From: Octopus bimaculoides
Taxonomy: Eukaryota
DNA: 64,000 nt
Assembly: GCF_001194135.2 (NCBI RefSeq)
Contig: NC_069004.1
Coordinates: 14,783,423 to 14,847,422, forward strand
Reading direction: 5' to 3'
Below, in pieces: positions 1-12,007 of this stretch (within the stretch, counting starts at the first letter, position 1; every line of letters begins with the position of its first letter). The position numbers and the translations under genes are program-made. The notes beneath the pieces are model-generated. The model was not told the origin of the DNA. It saw only the letters and a program-made list of their open reading frames with translations, and made no database searches.

Positions 1-43
<43 letters not shown>

Positions 44-714
44 TAGATAGATATATATACATGGTCTTCTTTCGGTTCTCATCTACCAAATTCACACCCA
101 ACAAGGTTTTGGCTGGCTCATCTCTATAGTTAATGACACTTGCCAAAGGTGCCTTACAATTGGACTGAACCCAGAACGATGTGGTTGGGAAGCAAGCTTC
201 TTACCACACAGCCATGCCTGACCTATCAGTTTCCAATGTTTAATTTAATTAGTCAGGGCTCCAAGTACGGAAAACTCTATCATACAAAAAATATTTGAGA
301 TCAATTTAATATGCAGTAATTAATTGGTTAATTATGCATGATCCATGTTCAAAAATAATTAGCATAGAATTATGCATGATATATATATTAAACTCCATCA
401 CATTCATTAAGTGAATATCGTTAAATCTAAAATAAATTTCTTAATACAAACAATTGAGAAAAAATAGCCAAGACGATATTGCGCCATCACATCATGCTCT
501 GTCTTCACAGTCTGTAATTGAGACAACTATCTTAGACTGTCCTAATCAACCAGTTTGTACTAAAAATCAAACTATCTATCTCCCACCTCACTACATTAAT
601 TGTTTTCAATTTTAATTAGTCTTTTGGTGCATTAATTCATTTCAAAGAATAAAAACAATGTTTTTCTTCGCTTTTTTTTTTTTTTAATCATTTTTTTAAG
701 TTCTAAAGCAACAA

Positions 715-1044
715 GCTGGCTGAACCATCAGCATGCCAGATGAAATGCTTTATGGTATTTCTTGTCTTTACATTATCTGTTCAAATTCTAATGAGGTTGA
801 ATTTGACTTTCATCCCATCAGGGTCAAAGAAATAAGTACCAGTTAAGCACTGGTGTCGATGTAATCGGTCAGCTCCCTCCTACCAAAATTTCAGCCCTTG
901 TGCTTATAACAGAAAGAATTATTATTATCATCAAATTTCAGGCTTTGTGCCAAAGGATTATTATTATTATTAATCTTAATGGCATTTCGTTTGTCTTTAT
1001 GTTATAAGTTCAATTTCCACCAGGGTCAACTTTACCTTTCATCC

Positions 1045-1108
<64 letters not shown>

Positions 1109-1713
1109 GTCATTGAGTGAGAGAGCAGAGCATGCCATCAAAGTGACACTGGGGTACAAATATATGAAGCCCAATATCTACCCATCATGACTACCCATCT
1201 GATAAGGGTACACCAGGTACATGCATTACAACCAGATGTGCATGACATGGTGATCTCATATCAAGATAAACAGGGCATGACCTTGCAGGTGGGGCCCAAT
1301 TAGAATTTTCTTCAGGTCGAATAGCCCATCCCACTCGAAAGGTCCCTGAATGTTTGTTTAAGGATGATGAACAAAACGCTCATATTTCCTAAGGTGAATT
1401 ATTCAAACCCCAAAGAATCCCTCTCAACACATGGCTATGATGCTCCCCCACTACTTCTAACTATTATTATTATTATTAGTATTAATATTATTGAGGCAGT
1501 GAGCTGGAAGAAACATTAGTACTTCAGACAAGATGCTCAACAGCATTTCATCTATGTTTATTATGTTCTGAGATCAAATTCTGCTGAGGTTGGCTTTGCT
1601 TTCCATCTTTTGGGGTCAACAAAATAAGCACTAATCGAGCACTGGGGGCATTGTAACTGACTAGCCCCCCTGCCCCCACTAAATCATCAGGTTTTATGTC
1701 TATAGTAGAAAGA

Positions 1714-1761
<48 letters not shown>

Positions 1762-1935
1762 CTTAGCATTTCATCTGCCTTTGTGTTCTGAGTTTAAATT
1801 TCACTGAGGTCAGTTTTGCCCTTCATCCTTTCGGGGTTAATGATGTAAAAATCAGTTGGGATGTGGAGTTGATGTAATCAACCACCCATCCTCGCTCCAA
1901 AATTTTAGGCCTCGTGTCTATAGTAGAAAGGATTG
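715..1935 (+). mobile_element. Cluster of 4-5 SINE family B copies with (ATT)n tails
   Basis: Repeated gagttcaaattc...ctttcatcctttcggggtc...aaataagtacc motif ending in attattatt. Other copies at 5930-6070(-), 8495-8660, 18500-18690(-), 23250-23410(-), 34500-34650, 42470-42850, 43880-44340(-), 52930-53110(-), 61330-61500, 61690-61870(-). Confidence 0.85.
1108..1460 (-). mobile_element. Unclassified retroposon-like element with (AAT)n tail, inside the family B cluster
   Basis: About 350 bp GC-richer segment bounded by ATT runs; read on the minus strand it ends in aataataat. Confidence 0.4.
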
Positions 1936-2088
1936 TTTTTAGTTGTTTCCCTTACCTTTGTCTTAGTTGTGTTTAAGTATTGTTCATTAGAGTTAGCCAC
2001 ACCTTGTTATGGAGATAGTATCAATTAATGAAAACTACTGCATTTACCACATTAAATAAATTAGCATTAAGTTCATTATATAGGTGTA

Positions 2089-2498
2089 GGCGTGGCTGTG
2101 TGGTAAGTAGCTTGCTTACCAACCACATGGTTCCAGGTTCAGTCCCACTATATGGCACCTTGGGCAAGTGTCTTCTACTATAGCCTCGGGCCGACCAAAG
2201 CCTTGTGAGTGGATTTGGTAGACGGAAACTGAAAGAAGCCTGTCGTATATATGTATATATATATATATATGTGCGTGTGTGTGTGTATGTATATGTTTGT
2301 GTGTCTGTATTTGTCCCCCTAACATCGCTTGACAACCGATGCTGGTGTGTTTAGGTCCCCATAACTTAGCGGTTTGACAAAAGAGACCAATAGAATAAGT
2401 ACTAGGCTTACAAAGAATAAGTCCTGGGATCGATTTGTTCGACTAAAAGGCTGTGCTCCAGCATGGCCACAGTCAAATGACTGAAACAAGTAAAAGAG
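2089..2498 (+). mobile_element. tRNA-derived SINE family A, full-length copy (about 410 bp, central AT/GT microsatellite)
   Basis: A-box-like tggctgtgtggt and B-box-like ggttcagtccc head, gcaccttgggcaagtgtc segment, tail gactgaaacaagtaaaagag. About 20 copies in the window, e.g. 61-220(-), 3655-3940(-), 5560-5920(-), 12010-12460(-), 17110-17430, 31614-31985, 41417-41840, 54930-55310. Confidence 0.9.
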
Positions 2499-2499
2499 A

Positions 2500-2940
2500 T
2501 TTAGCATCAAATGCATTCCAGATGTAGTCATTGCATCATGTCTCAACCATTTCAACTAGTTTGTATTTGATTTACATAGCAATTGCTATGAGTAAGTTAG
2601 CACTAATTTCACTCTATAAATATATTGATGGTTGTTGTAGTTGTGGTGTAACTCCACACTAACTCAGGTCAGACAGTTCTAGCATCAAATGCTCTCCAGC
2701 TGTAGTCATTGCATCAAATATTTCAGTGCTTTTAACTAGTTTGTATCTGATTTAAATAGCAGTTGCTATTAATGACTTAGCACTAATTTAACTCTAGAGA
2801 TATGTTGGTTGTTGAGTAGTTCCAGGTCAACTCTGATCAGACAGATATAACATCAAATGCAGTCCAGTTGCGACCATTACATCATATGTTTCAGCCATTT
2901 CAGCTAGTTTGTATCTGATTTAAATAGTGTTTGCTATGAA
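2500..2940. repeat. Tandem repeat, about 175 bp x 2.5
   Basis: catcaaatgc...ctagtttgtat.tgattta.atag recurs at about 2505, 2683, 2853. Confidence 0.85.
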
Positions 2941-4572
2941 GTTTTTTTTTCACAGGTAGAATTTTATGGGCTACTTACTCTGTCATGTGGCCAACTAGTT
3001 ATCAAGTATGTCAATAGAATCTCATGGCTGTTCTGTCTGTGAAGAATATCTAGACATATTTACATCTGTCTACTTCCCACAGTATAAGTGCTATAAACTG
3101 TAGGCTGACTACACTAAATTTAGTTTTCTATACACATCTACACATACATTAATATATACATACAAAACACACATATATACTCACACATGTACCCATATTC
3201 ATGTAGTTTTACATGAGCATATATATGTATGTATGTGTGTGTGTGTGTGTGTATAAATTGCTCTTTAACAAGAATAGTGTTGACAGTGACTTTGAAGTTT
3301 TAGCATGCTTAGTCCTCCTTGGACAGTACCACAACTGAGTACCTCTTCTCTTTATATAGTCTCTGTTAAGTTTAAGTTTTCTGGTTTAGGTGGAGCTCTG
3401 TTGAATAATAATTAGGTTGTAATGGAAAGATATGATGGAAGGTTTTTATTGATTAAATTTGGAGTTATGTTATTGTTCAGAATACAGTCATGCATATAGA
3501 ACCTTGTAATCATACGTTTATTTAGGTGTGCTAGCCTGAAGTGTTGCAATTTTTTAGGAGTTCACAAAATTATAGAGATAAGTGTTAGTTGGTCAATAGA
3601 TGTGTAACTAGGTTTAGCTATTCTTTACCGTTTACATTTTTCAGTTGTTGGTTTGTGGCCATGCTGGGGTACTACCTTAAAGTATTTTAGTCTGGTGTAT
3701 TTTAGTTAATGACTTTTAGTTGAGCTGCTAAGTTACAGAGACATAAACCAATACTAGTTGTGAAATGGTGGTGGGGACAAACACAACGATAGACTCACAC
3801 ACACACATACATATGATGGGCTTCATTCAGTTTCCACTTACCAAAATGACTCACAAGACCTTGGTGGGATTGGGGCTATTATAGAAGACCCTTGCCCAAG
3901 GTGCTGCACAGGAGGAGTGAACTTGAAACCATGCGGTTGGAAAGACATCAATGGGAGGTTTATCCTCTTTGTTTTGGGGGCATGTGAAGGTTATAGTTCA
4001 GAGTATCATCCAGCATATAAAACTTTGTAATTCGGTGTGTTTATTTAGATGTGCCAGCTATTAGGCCATGGACTTTTTAAAGATTCGCAAAAGAATGTAA
4101 GTAGGTAGAAAAGTTTGTTGGTCAGCAGATTTTTTTACTTGTTGTTGGTGTTATTCAAAAGATTTAACTTGTTTATCTTATGAAAGTGGATGCTTTTGTT
4201 CAGAGTTCAGTCTGGTGTGTAAGACTCTGTGATTAGGTGTGTCAACTTCATGGTGCTGTTTGTATATAAATTTGTTTATCTTCTGCTTTAAGGTTCACAA
4301 AACAATGTAGGTAGATGGAAAGGTTAGTTGGGCAGCAGATTTCCCACTAGGAGTTAATTGTTATTGGTGTTGTTTGATTACTATTTAGAAATTTGACCTT
4401 TGTGCCTTGGGGAAGTAAAGTTTGTGGACTATGATTTTTGTAAATATTTGTATTATTCGGTTTCAAGCAGATATTAGTAATGATATTTATAATATATTAT
4501 TTTGGACCTGTGAACATACACAAATGTGGGGCATTATGAAAATGTGTGCATATGATTATATAAATACTACTG

Positions 4573-4653
<81 letters not shown>

Positions 4654-4729
4654 GTAATAATGATACACAAAAAAATTCTAAGTAATTCCACACACAGAGG
4701 AAAACAGGAAAATAGAACTCAGAACATGA

Positions 4730-4772
<43 letters not shown>

Positions 4773-5244
4773 CATACATACATACACATACACACGGTCG
4801 CACATGCACACACACACACACATATATATATTATTTTTTTAAAGATTTAATTGGCAAAAGTTACAAAGTAACTCAAGGACCAAGCATTTCATACATTGCT
4901 ACTTATTAAACTGGTTTCAAATTATGACGATTACATTTATATACACTGGTTAAAATGATAATTCTTTGGATTGTTCTAGAATAGATTATAAAGACAATTT
5001 GAAGGTTACCTGAATAATGCATATTTTTTCAAATGGTTTGCCCATTAAGCAATTAAATAATAGGTAGACCACTAATAAATAAGGTAAAGTTAAAGGAAGG
5101 TGAAGGGGTACAATATATATATACACATAAATAAATATGCTGTTATATATGGATGCATAAAAAGACAATGTATATGTGAATACATACATCTACACATGGA
5201 TAAACACATTCACATACACATGCATCCACAACATTGCCCTCAGT

Positions 5245-5455
5245 ATACTGGACCAGATACTGCAACAGCTTGGGTTTCAAGATCCCACACTTCTTCAATA
5301 ACTTCACAAAAAAGCACGAGCGACCTAATTGTGGCTGATGTAGGTGTCTTCAAAACAAAACTAGATCTCCTGTCAAGAGTTCCAGATGAATCTACCACAT
5401 GGCAGGAAACACAAATGAGGGCTGCAACATGAAGCTCCATCATTCAACAAATGCT
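5245..5455 (+). mobile_element. CR1/L2-type LINE 3' ORF fragment
   Basis: YWTRYCNSLGF..P..FN...DVGVFKTKLDLLSRVPDE...RAAT*SSIIQQM, one frameshift; matches the FK..LD..L..VPD..RAA.SNS end of CR1-like ORFs. Confidence 0.7.
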
Positions 5456-6751
5456 GCTTTTCAGAGGAGGCTTCCTAGTAATGAGAAAGTAGCAAAACTA
5501 ACAGTGGTACCCCAGCATGGCCACAGCTCTCAAGCTGAAACTAGTGAAGGAATATACATATATCTTTTACTTACTTCAGTCATTAGACTGTGGCCATGCT
5601 TCGGCACGACCTTGAAGAATTTTTAGTTGAATGAATCAGCCTCAGGACTTATATTTTTGTAGAGCCTGGCACTTATTCTGTTGGTCTCTCTTGCTGAACT
5701 AATACCAGTTTTCAAGCAGTGTTGGGGGTGGGGGTTAGAACTCAAAGAGACACACACATATACAATGGGCTTCTTTCTGTTTCTGTCTACCGAATTCACT
5801 TACAAGGCTTTGGTTAGCCTGAGGCTGTAGCACAAGACACTTGCCCAAGGTACCATGCAGTGAGACTGAACCTAGAACCATGTGGTTGGGAAGCAAGCTT
5901 CTTACCACACAGCCACATATATGTAAGTCAATTACATCAACCCCAGTGCTCGACTGGTACCTATTTTATTGACCCCAGAAAGCATGAAAGGCAAAGTCGA
6001 CCTCAGCAGAATTTGAACTCAAAACATAAAAGATGGACAAAATATCGCTAAGCCTTTCATCCAGCATGCTAATAATTCTGTGAGTTCACCTATAATTCTA
6101 TATATATATTTAAAGAAATATTTTCTGAAAATAAAAATTATTTATTATATTAAAAACATTTTTAAAAAACAGAATGGCATCAACCTTTTAGAAGGAAGTT
6201 TTCATATTAGTTATTTTCTTTAAAAAATGTTCTATAATACATAAATATATATACACACATACACGTCTGCGGGTGTGTATGCACACACACACGTATACAT
6301 GCACACATACATATACATATATGTTCATGTATCAATATAAGCATAATATGAATAGAAGCAAAAACAAAATAAAAGCAGAATAAAATTATCTTATTTTCAA
6401 AAACACCCACTCTTATGCATAACTAAATATATGATTAAATGTGTATGTGCATATATACTTGTATACATGCATACACATATGTGTGTGTGATACACACACA
6501 GACACATATATATATTTGTAAAAATATACAAGTATATAGATATAAGGCCATACCTGTAGATATATGTATATATGGTCATACCTTTAGATAAGTGGGTATA
6601 CATCTGTTGTGGATACACTTATCGAAGTAGTTTACTGTGGTAGAAAAAGTGGAAGGGGAAATAAAACAATAAAGAAAGATAGAAAAAGAACTGTTAGTCT
6701 TGGTAATCTGTACTAGTATGAAACTATATGAAACTCTGCCAATGAAGTATA

Positions 6752-6793
<42 letters not shown>

Positions 6794-7316
6794 TGACAAA
6801 TAACTAAAAACCGAGTTAGCAAATCATATTAATGCTTCATTTACAATTGTTTCATCGTGATTCAATATAATCAATTTTGCATAATGCTGTAATTATTCCA
6901 GCAAGTATTGATTAATTTTATTGATTTTACATATATATATATGTATATACATACATGTATGTATGCATGTTTCATCAGTTGGGGATATTTCTTCACTTTT
7001 ATATTTTTCTGTCTTCCCCCTCTCTGATGATGGAATGCCTGGCTTATGGGATAATGACTAGCTATTCTAGAAACAGTTCTTAGAGATTCTATCTGTTTAT
7101 ATTCACTATATAATTTAAATGTTTTCAAGTGATGCCAGATATTTTGCTTTTCATTTTTTATTTTAGTGTATGTATGTATGTATGTATGTATGTGTATCTG
7201 AAGTATGAAGCCTGTTGCATTTATTTTGAACATTTGCTGTGTGACATCAAAGTGTTCATGTCCAAGGGAGATAATTCTTTCATCAAATTTACATCAAACC
7301 AATTGCTATCCTTTAC

Positions 7317-7774
7317 TTAAACCTTTTAATATTCAGATTACTCTGTCAAATGTATAACATATTTATTCACATTTTCAATTTTTTATGTATTGTCTCATAC
7401 CTTCAAAATTTCAGTGCTGTGATTGCTTATGTTTAGAATAACATTGTAGGATAGGTATGAGAGGCAAGATCCAGCTTGTCTGTACATAAATGAGGTAGAC
7501 TGTTTGGGCCAGATACAGCTGGTTTAAACACTAAGAGGTTTTACTAAATTATATTCTTATTAACTCTTTAGCATTCAAATTACTATATGAGATTCAATGC
7601 TTATTGATTCACATTGTTTGGAATTGATTAGGCATTATCTTGCAGCTTTGAGAATTTGGTGACAAGACTGTTTATTTTTAGAATGTCATTATAAGAAGTC
7701 AAATCTCGCTGGCTTGAACATAAAACTTGCAGAATATTTCTGCAGGATATGCAGTTTAACTGCTAAGGGGTTAA
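7317..7774. mobile_element. Two tandem TTAA-flanked (piggyBac-like) MITEs, about 215 bp each
   Basis: ttaa(c/a)c.ttt...cattca(a/g)attact...ctaag.ggttaa ends. Inverted copy at 49212-49645; partial copies at 34735-34825 and 45690-45730. Confidence 0.65.
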
Positions 7775-8787
7775 TTATTATAATAAGCATTGGCATAAAA
7801 ATGGCAATTAGGTTTTTTAGGATTTGTTCATAATGCAGCCTTGGATATAACATCCCTTAATTCATTTTCTAGCCTTCTTCCACTGACTGTAAAATAGGCC
7901 TTGAAGAGTTGCTCTTATGCTTGCTTTTCTTTTCACTTTTTTTTTTTTTTAATGCCAGAACATTAAGAAGTCATTGTCAGAGGTGCCAACTATCTTGATT
8001 GACTAATATTATACTTAAATTGAAAAATTAAATAAAGAAAGAATGGAGAAGGAAAATAAATATTATTTCTGCATTTATCTGACATTTTCTATTTAAAATT
8101 AAACCTTCGGAAAAAATAGAGTGATGGGGTGTGGGTAGAGTCGGAAAGAAGAGGCATGGATTGGAATCAGGTTATGTTGATTACAACTTACCAACTGTAA
8201 AGGGAAAAAACTCATCATCTGAAGAATATGATTGAAATATGTCAATTTTGACAGCAAAAACAGGGTAAAGTCATGGAGAATACTCCAAAAATACATCAAG
8301 ATATTTTGTGGTAAAAAAAAAAAAAGATTTGATTCCTTCTATTTAAAAAAGCAAAATAGGAAATAAGAAATTATGATTGATTTAATACTTGATGTGAACT
8401 CCAAATGAAAACTAATGGATGCTGGGGGAATGTCTATATAAACCTGCTTGAAGCAATTTTCCTAAGTTTATTATTATTATTATTATTATTATTATGGCGG
8501 CAAGTTTTACATTATTACATTTTGAGTTCAAATCCTGCCGAGATTAACTTTGCCTTTTGGGGTCGATAAAATAAGTACCAGTTCAACAATGGAGTCAATG
8601 TAATCGACTCATCCTCTCCTCCAAACTTACTTACCTTGTGGCAAAATTTGAAACCATTATCATTATTATTATTATTATTATTATTATTAAGGCAGCAAGT
8701 TGGCAGAATCATTAGTATGTAACTGAGTTACTTCTGTCCCTGAATCTGCTGGTCTTTTGTGTTGGGCGTGGTAAATGACCAATGAAA

Positions 8788-8998
8788 GTAATACAAATAT
8801 TGTTGTATATATGGCATAGTTAATTTCAGGAGACCCTTGTGGGCAGACAGATGTGTAGAAATATGTGTACACAACAGAAGGCTCCTTCAGGACCAAATTC
8901 AATGAACATAAGTCTTCCTTTAATTTCTAGGAGTGGTGAAATTTAACAGCCCTAGCTAAGCATGCATGGTCAATGAAGGAAAGTGTTGTGGATTACAG
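8788..8998 (+). mobile_element. Penelope-like element GIY-YIG endonuclease relic
   Basis: Single frame with 4 stops: NIVVYMA*...KYVYTTEGSFRTKFNEHKSSFNF*EW*NLTALAKHAWSMKESVVDY. Confidence 0.75.
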
Positions 8999-9591
8999 AA
9001 ACTGTGGCTGGTGAAGTCATAGAAATTCTCTGATAACCATTTCTGACTCTTTGCTGAGATATGATGAAAGGAAACATCAGCCCTAACAGAATTTGAACTC
9101 AGAACATTAAGACAGACAAAATACTGTGAAGCATTTTACCCATTGTGTTAAAGGTTCTGCCTGCTTGCCACACTCAAATGCTTTATAATATTAAAACTTG
9201 AATAAACACACACGCATTCACATCCCCTCTCTCTCTCTCTCTCTCTCTCACTCACTCTCTTTGTCCCTCTCTTTCTCTCTCTCGTGGGAACACATGAAGC
9301 TGAAAGCCTTCGGCAGTGATCCGTCAATACACATGCGTTACACATGTATGCCATACATCCTAGTGCATCTACACATGCTGTGCATGTAAATAATGTGTGT
9401 AGCCATGTTAAACACTAACACAGTCACACGACACATATGTACACAGGTGAACTATACAAATCACCATCATCTAAGTATGCTACCTTTGTAGACGAAGAAA
9501 GACCAGAGGAGGGGGAAATGATATGGCTTCTCTCTTGCTTTCCTCTCTGTTTTGCTTTTGTTTCTCTGTTCGTATCTCATTCTTTGGTTAG

Positions 9592-9625
9592 ATTAAAAGA
9601 TGTCGATTATCTGTGCACCATCGCT
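9592..9625 (+). CDS. Candidate coding micro-exon (34 nt, phase 2 to 0, LKDVDYLCTIA) of an unidentified host gene
   Basis: About 55-nt pyrimidine-rich tract ending ttag at 9588-9591; donor GCT|gtaagt at 9626. Phase fits the next candidate exons. A phase 0 reading (IKRCRLSVHHR) is also open. Confidence 0.5.
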
Positions 9626-9930
9626 GTAAGTTTGGTTTATTCACTTCTGTTTGTTGCGCTGTGTGTGTGTGCTTGGAGGAGGTTGGGGGTGGAGTGGGTG
9701 GCCATGTGCACGAGTGCATGTATTTGTGATGTGTTTAGGTGTGTGTTTGTATGTGCATGAAAGGGGCATGTGTGTGTGTGTGTGTGTATGCGTGTGTGCT
9801 TGTTTTCACTGGTTTCTCATTTGTATCTGAACTAATTTTTTTTTTATATCCTTATATATATATGCATGTGTGTGTGTGTATTCACACACATGTACACACA
9901 CATATATAAATACATTATATGTATAGTATG

Positions 9931-9961
<31 letters not shown>

Positions 9962-11020
9962 NNNNNNNNNNNNNNNNNNNNNNNNNNNATATATAATATA
10001 TAAAGAGAGAGACAGACCGACAGATTTTCAAAATATCTTTCTTTCTGTTGTTAATAGTCATAACATCTCACTGTATTTGTGTGTGTGTGTGTGTGTGTAT
10101 TGAGTAAACTAGAGCATCGTTAAATAAAGTGTCTCACTCAAGAACACGACGCAGAGCCCAGTCCGAGAATTGAACCCACTACCTCATGATTGTGAGCCTG
10201 ACATTCTAACCACTGAGCCATATGTTATCGACCACATATACTTAATGTACGCATCCTGTGTATTTGCCAGTAGGCTGCAATTTGATAATGTGAAAAATAC
10301 TCTCTCAAAGCGCTGGGTATTAAAACACCTGAAAGTCATGGGCAGGTGAGATAATTTTCCTCCAGTACCTTCCAGGAGTAAAGGACATCAATGTTTTGCC
10401 ATTTTTAATGGCTTATCAACATTATGTACCCAAACCAAATCAGAGATTCATCGTATCATCAGTCCACGGCTTATATACATATAGTGTGAAAACTATATGC
10501 TGGTATGCCCCGACAATGCATACATAAGAAAAAATTGAATTATGAAATAGAGCTAGTGATATGTCATTGATAATGTTTATTACACTACCATTGCTTCTAT
10601 TTAATATTTGAATATCTTAGGTTGTCAAGAAAGTTCTTGTGGTTTTTAACCTTTAAATTGAGATCCACATATCTCGGCTCAAACAAAACTTTATTAATCG
10701 AAATAAACATCAGAATCAACACTCTTTTGCCAACTGAACAATCTGACAGGAGCTGGCAAGCGAGAGAACTGCCTCAAGCTCCATTGTCTGTTTTGGCATG
10801 GTTTTCACAGCTGGAAACCTTTTCTAATGCCAGCCACTTTACAGAGTGGACTGGGTGCTTTTTATGTGGCACCAGCTCTAACAAGGTCTGTTTTACCATG
10901 ATTTTTACAGCAACATGCCCTCCTAATGCCAACCTTGTTACAGAGTGGACTGGATACTTTTCACATGGCACTGGCTCTGACAAGGTCTGTTTACGCATGA
11001 TTTTTACGGCAGAATGCCTT

Positions 11021-11236
11021 AGTTGGTTGTTGTCAACATCTGATGGCCAATCACTATGCTTATCATCTTCAAGACTTTTGTCACCGCTATGGAATTTCTT
11101 GAACCATCATTGTGCTGTACGTTCATTAGTGGTTCCTGGGCCAAATGCGTCATTGATATCTCAAGCTGTTTCAGCAGCTTTTCAGCCTTGCTTGAACTGG
11201 AATAAGAAAATTGTGCGAATTTGCTTTTTGTCCATT
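11021..11236 (-). pseudogene. Mariner transposase N-terminal fragment (Hsmar1/cecropia-like)
   Basis: MDKKQIRTIFLFQFKQG*KAAETA*DINDAFGPGTTNERTAQ*WFKKFHSGDKSLEDDKHSDWPSDVDNNQL, starting at ATG 11235. Confidence 0.9.
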
Positions 11237-11922
11237 AGAATGCCTTTTCTAATGCCAGCCACTTTACAGAGTGGACTGGGTGCTTTTTATGTGGTACCAG
11301 CACCAGCAAGATCTGTTTTGGCATGATTTTCACAGCTGGATTCCTTCTTTATGCCAACCACTTTACAGGGCAGACCAGGTGTATAGTCTCAACGCATATT
11401 TTTCTTTTTTCCCCACTTAATGTAACCTCACCACCACCACCACTGTTTTTGCAAGCTGTCTGTATTATACCCACTCTCTGTTCATATCCCTTAAGTGCAA
11501 TTTGGCTGCTATTTCTTGCAGGCCAAATTTGTAAGGCTCTATCCTATCACAGAAGTTTTGATTTATCTCTAGATCAGTCCTGATTCCACAGACCTGTGAT
11601 CAAAGGTGATACATAATTATACCTTATCCTGTGTGTCCCTTTCTCTGTTTAAGACAGCAAGGTGTGATTTGAGAGAGAGATTTGGTCGTTGTTTCTTGCA
11701 GGTCATTTAACCACATAGAGAGTCCATTATAGGAATGAGGTAATTAGATAAAGTGTCGGAAGGTGTTTCAGCCTCCTCATCTGATGAAATTGGTGCAAGA
11801 GATCAATACATAGGAACTTATTGATTTGTAAACCTGGCCAACGTACGCATGCACAAAATGTCAGACTTGTAAGCTAATACAGAGATATTGGACAGAAGAC
11901 AGTTTGAAATTTATGTTCTCTA

Positions 11923-12007
<85 letters not shown>

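Noticed and set aside
2089-2160. tRNA genes
   Set aside because: All A/B-box heads are SINE heads without intact cloverleaves.
10622-11326. 234-aa + strand ORF
   Set aside because: It runs through tandem RTE-tail units and the antisense of a mariner fragment; a chance open frame.
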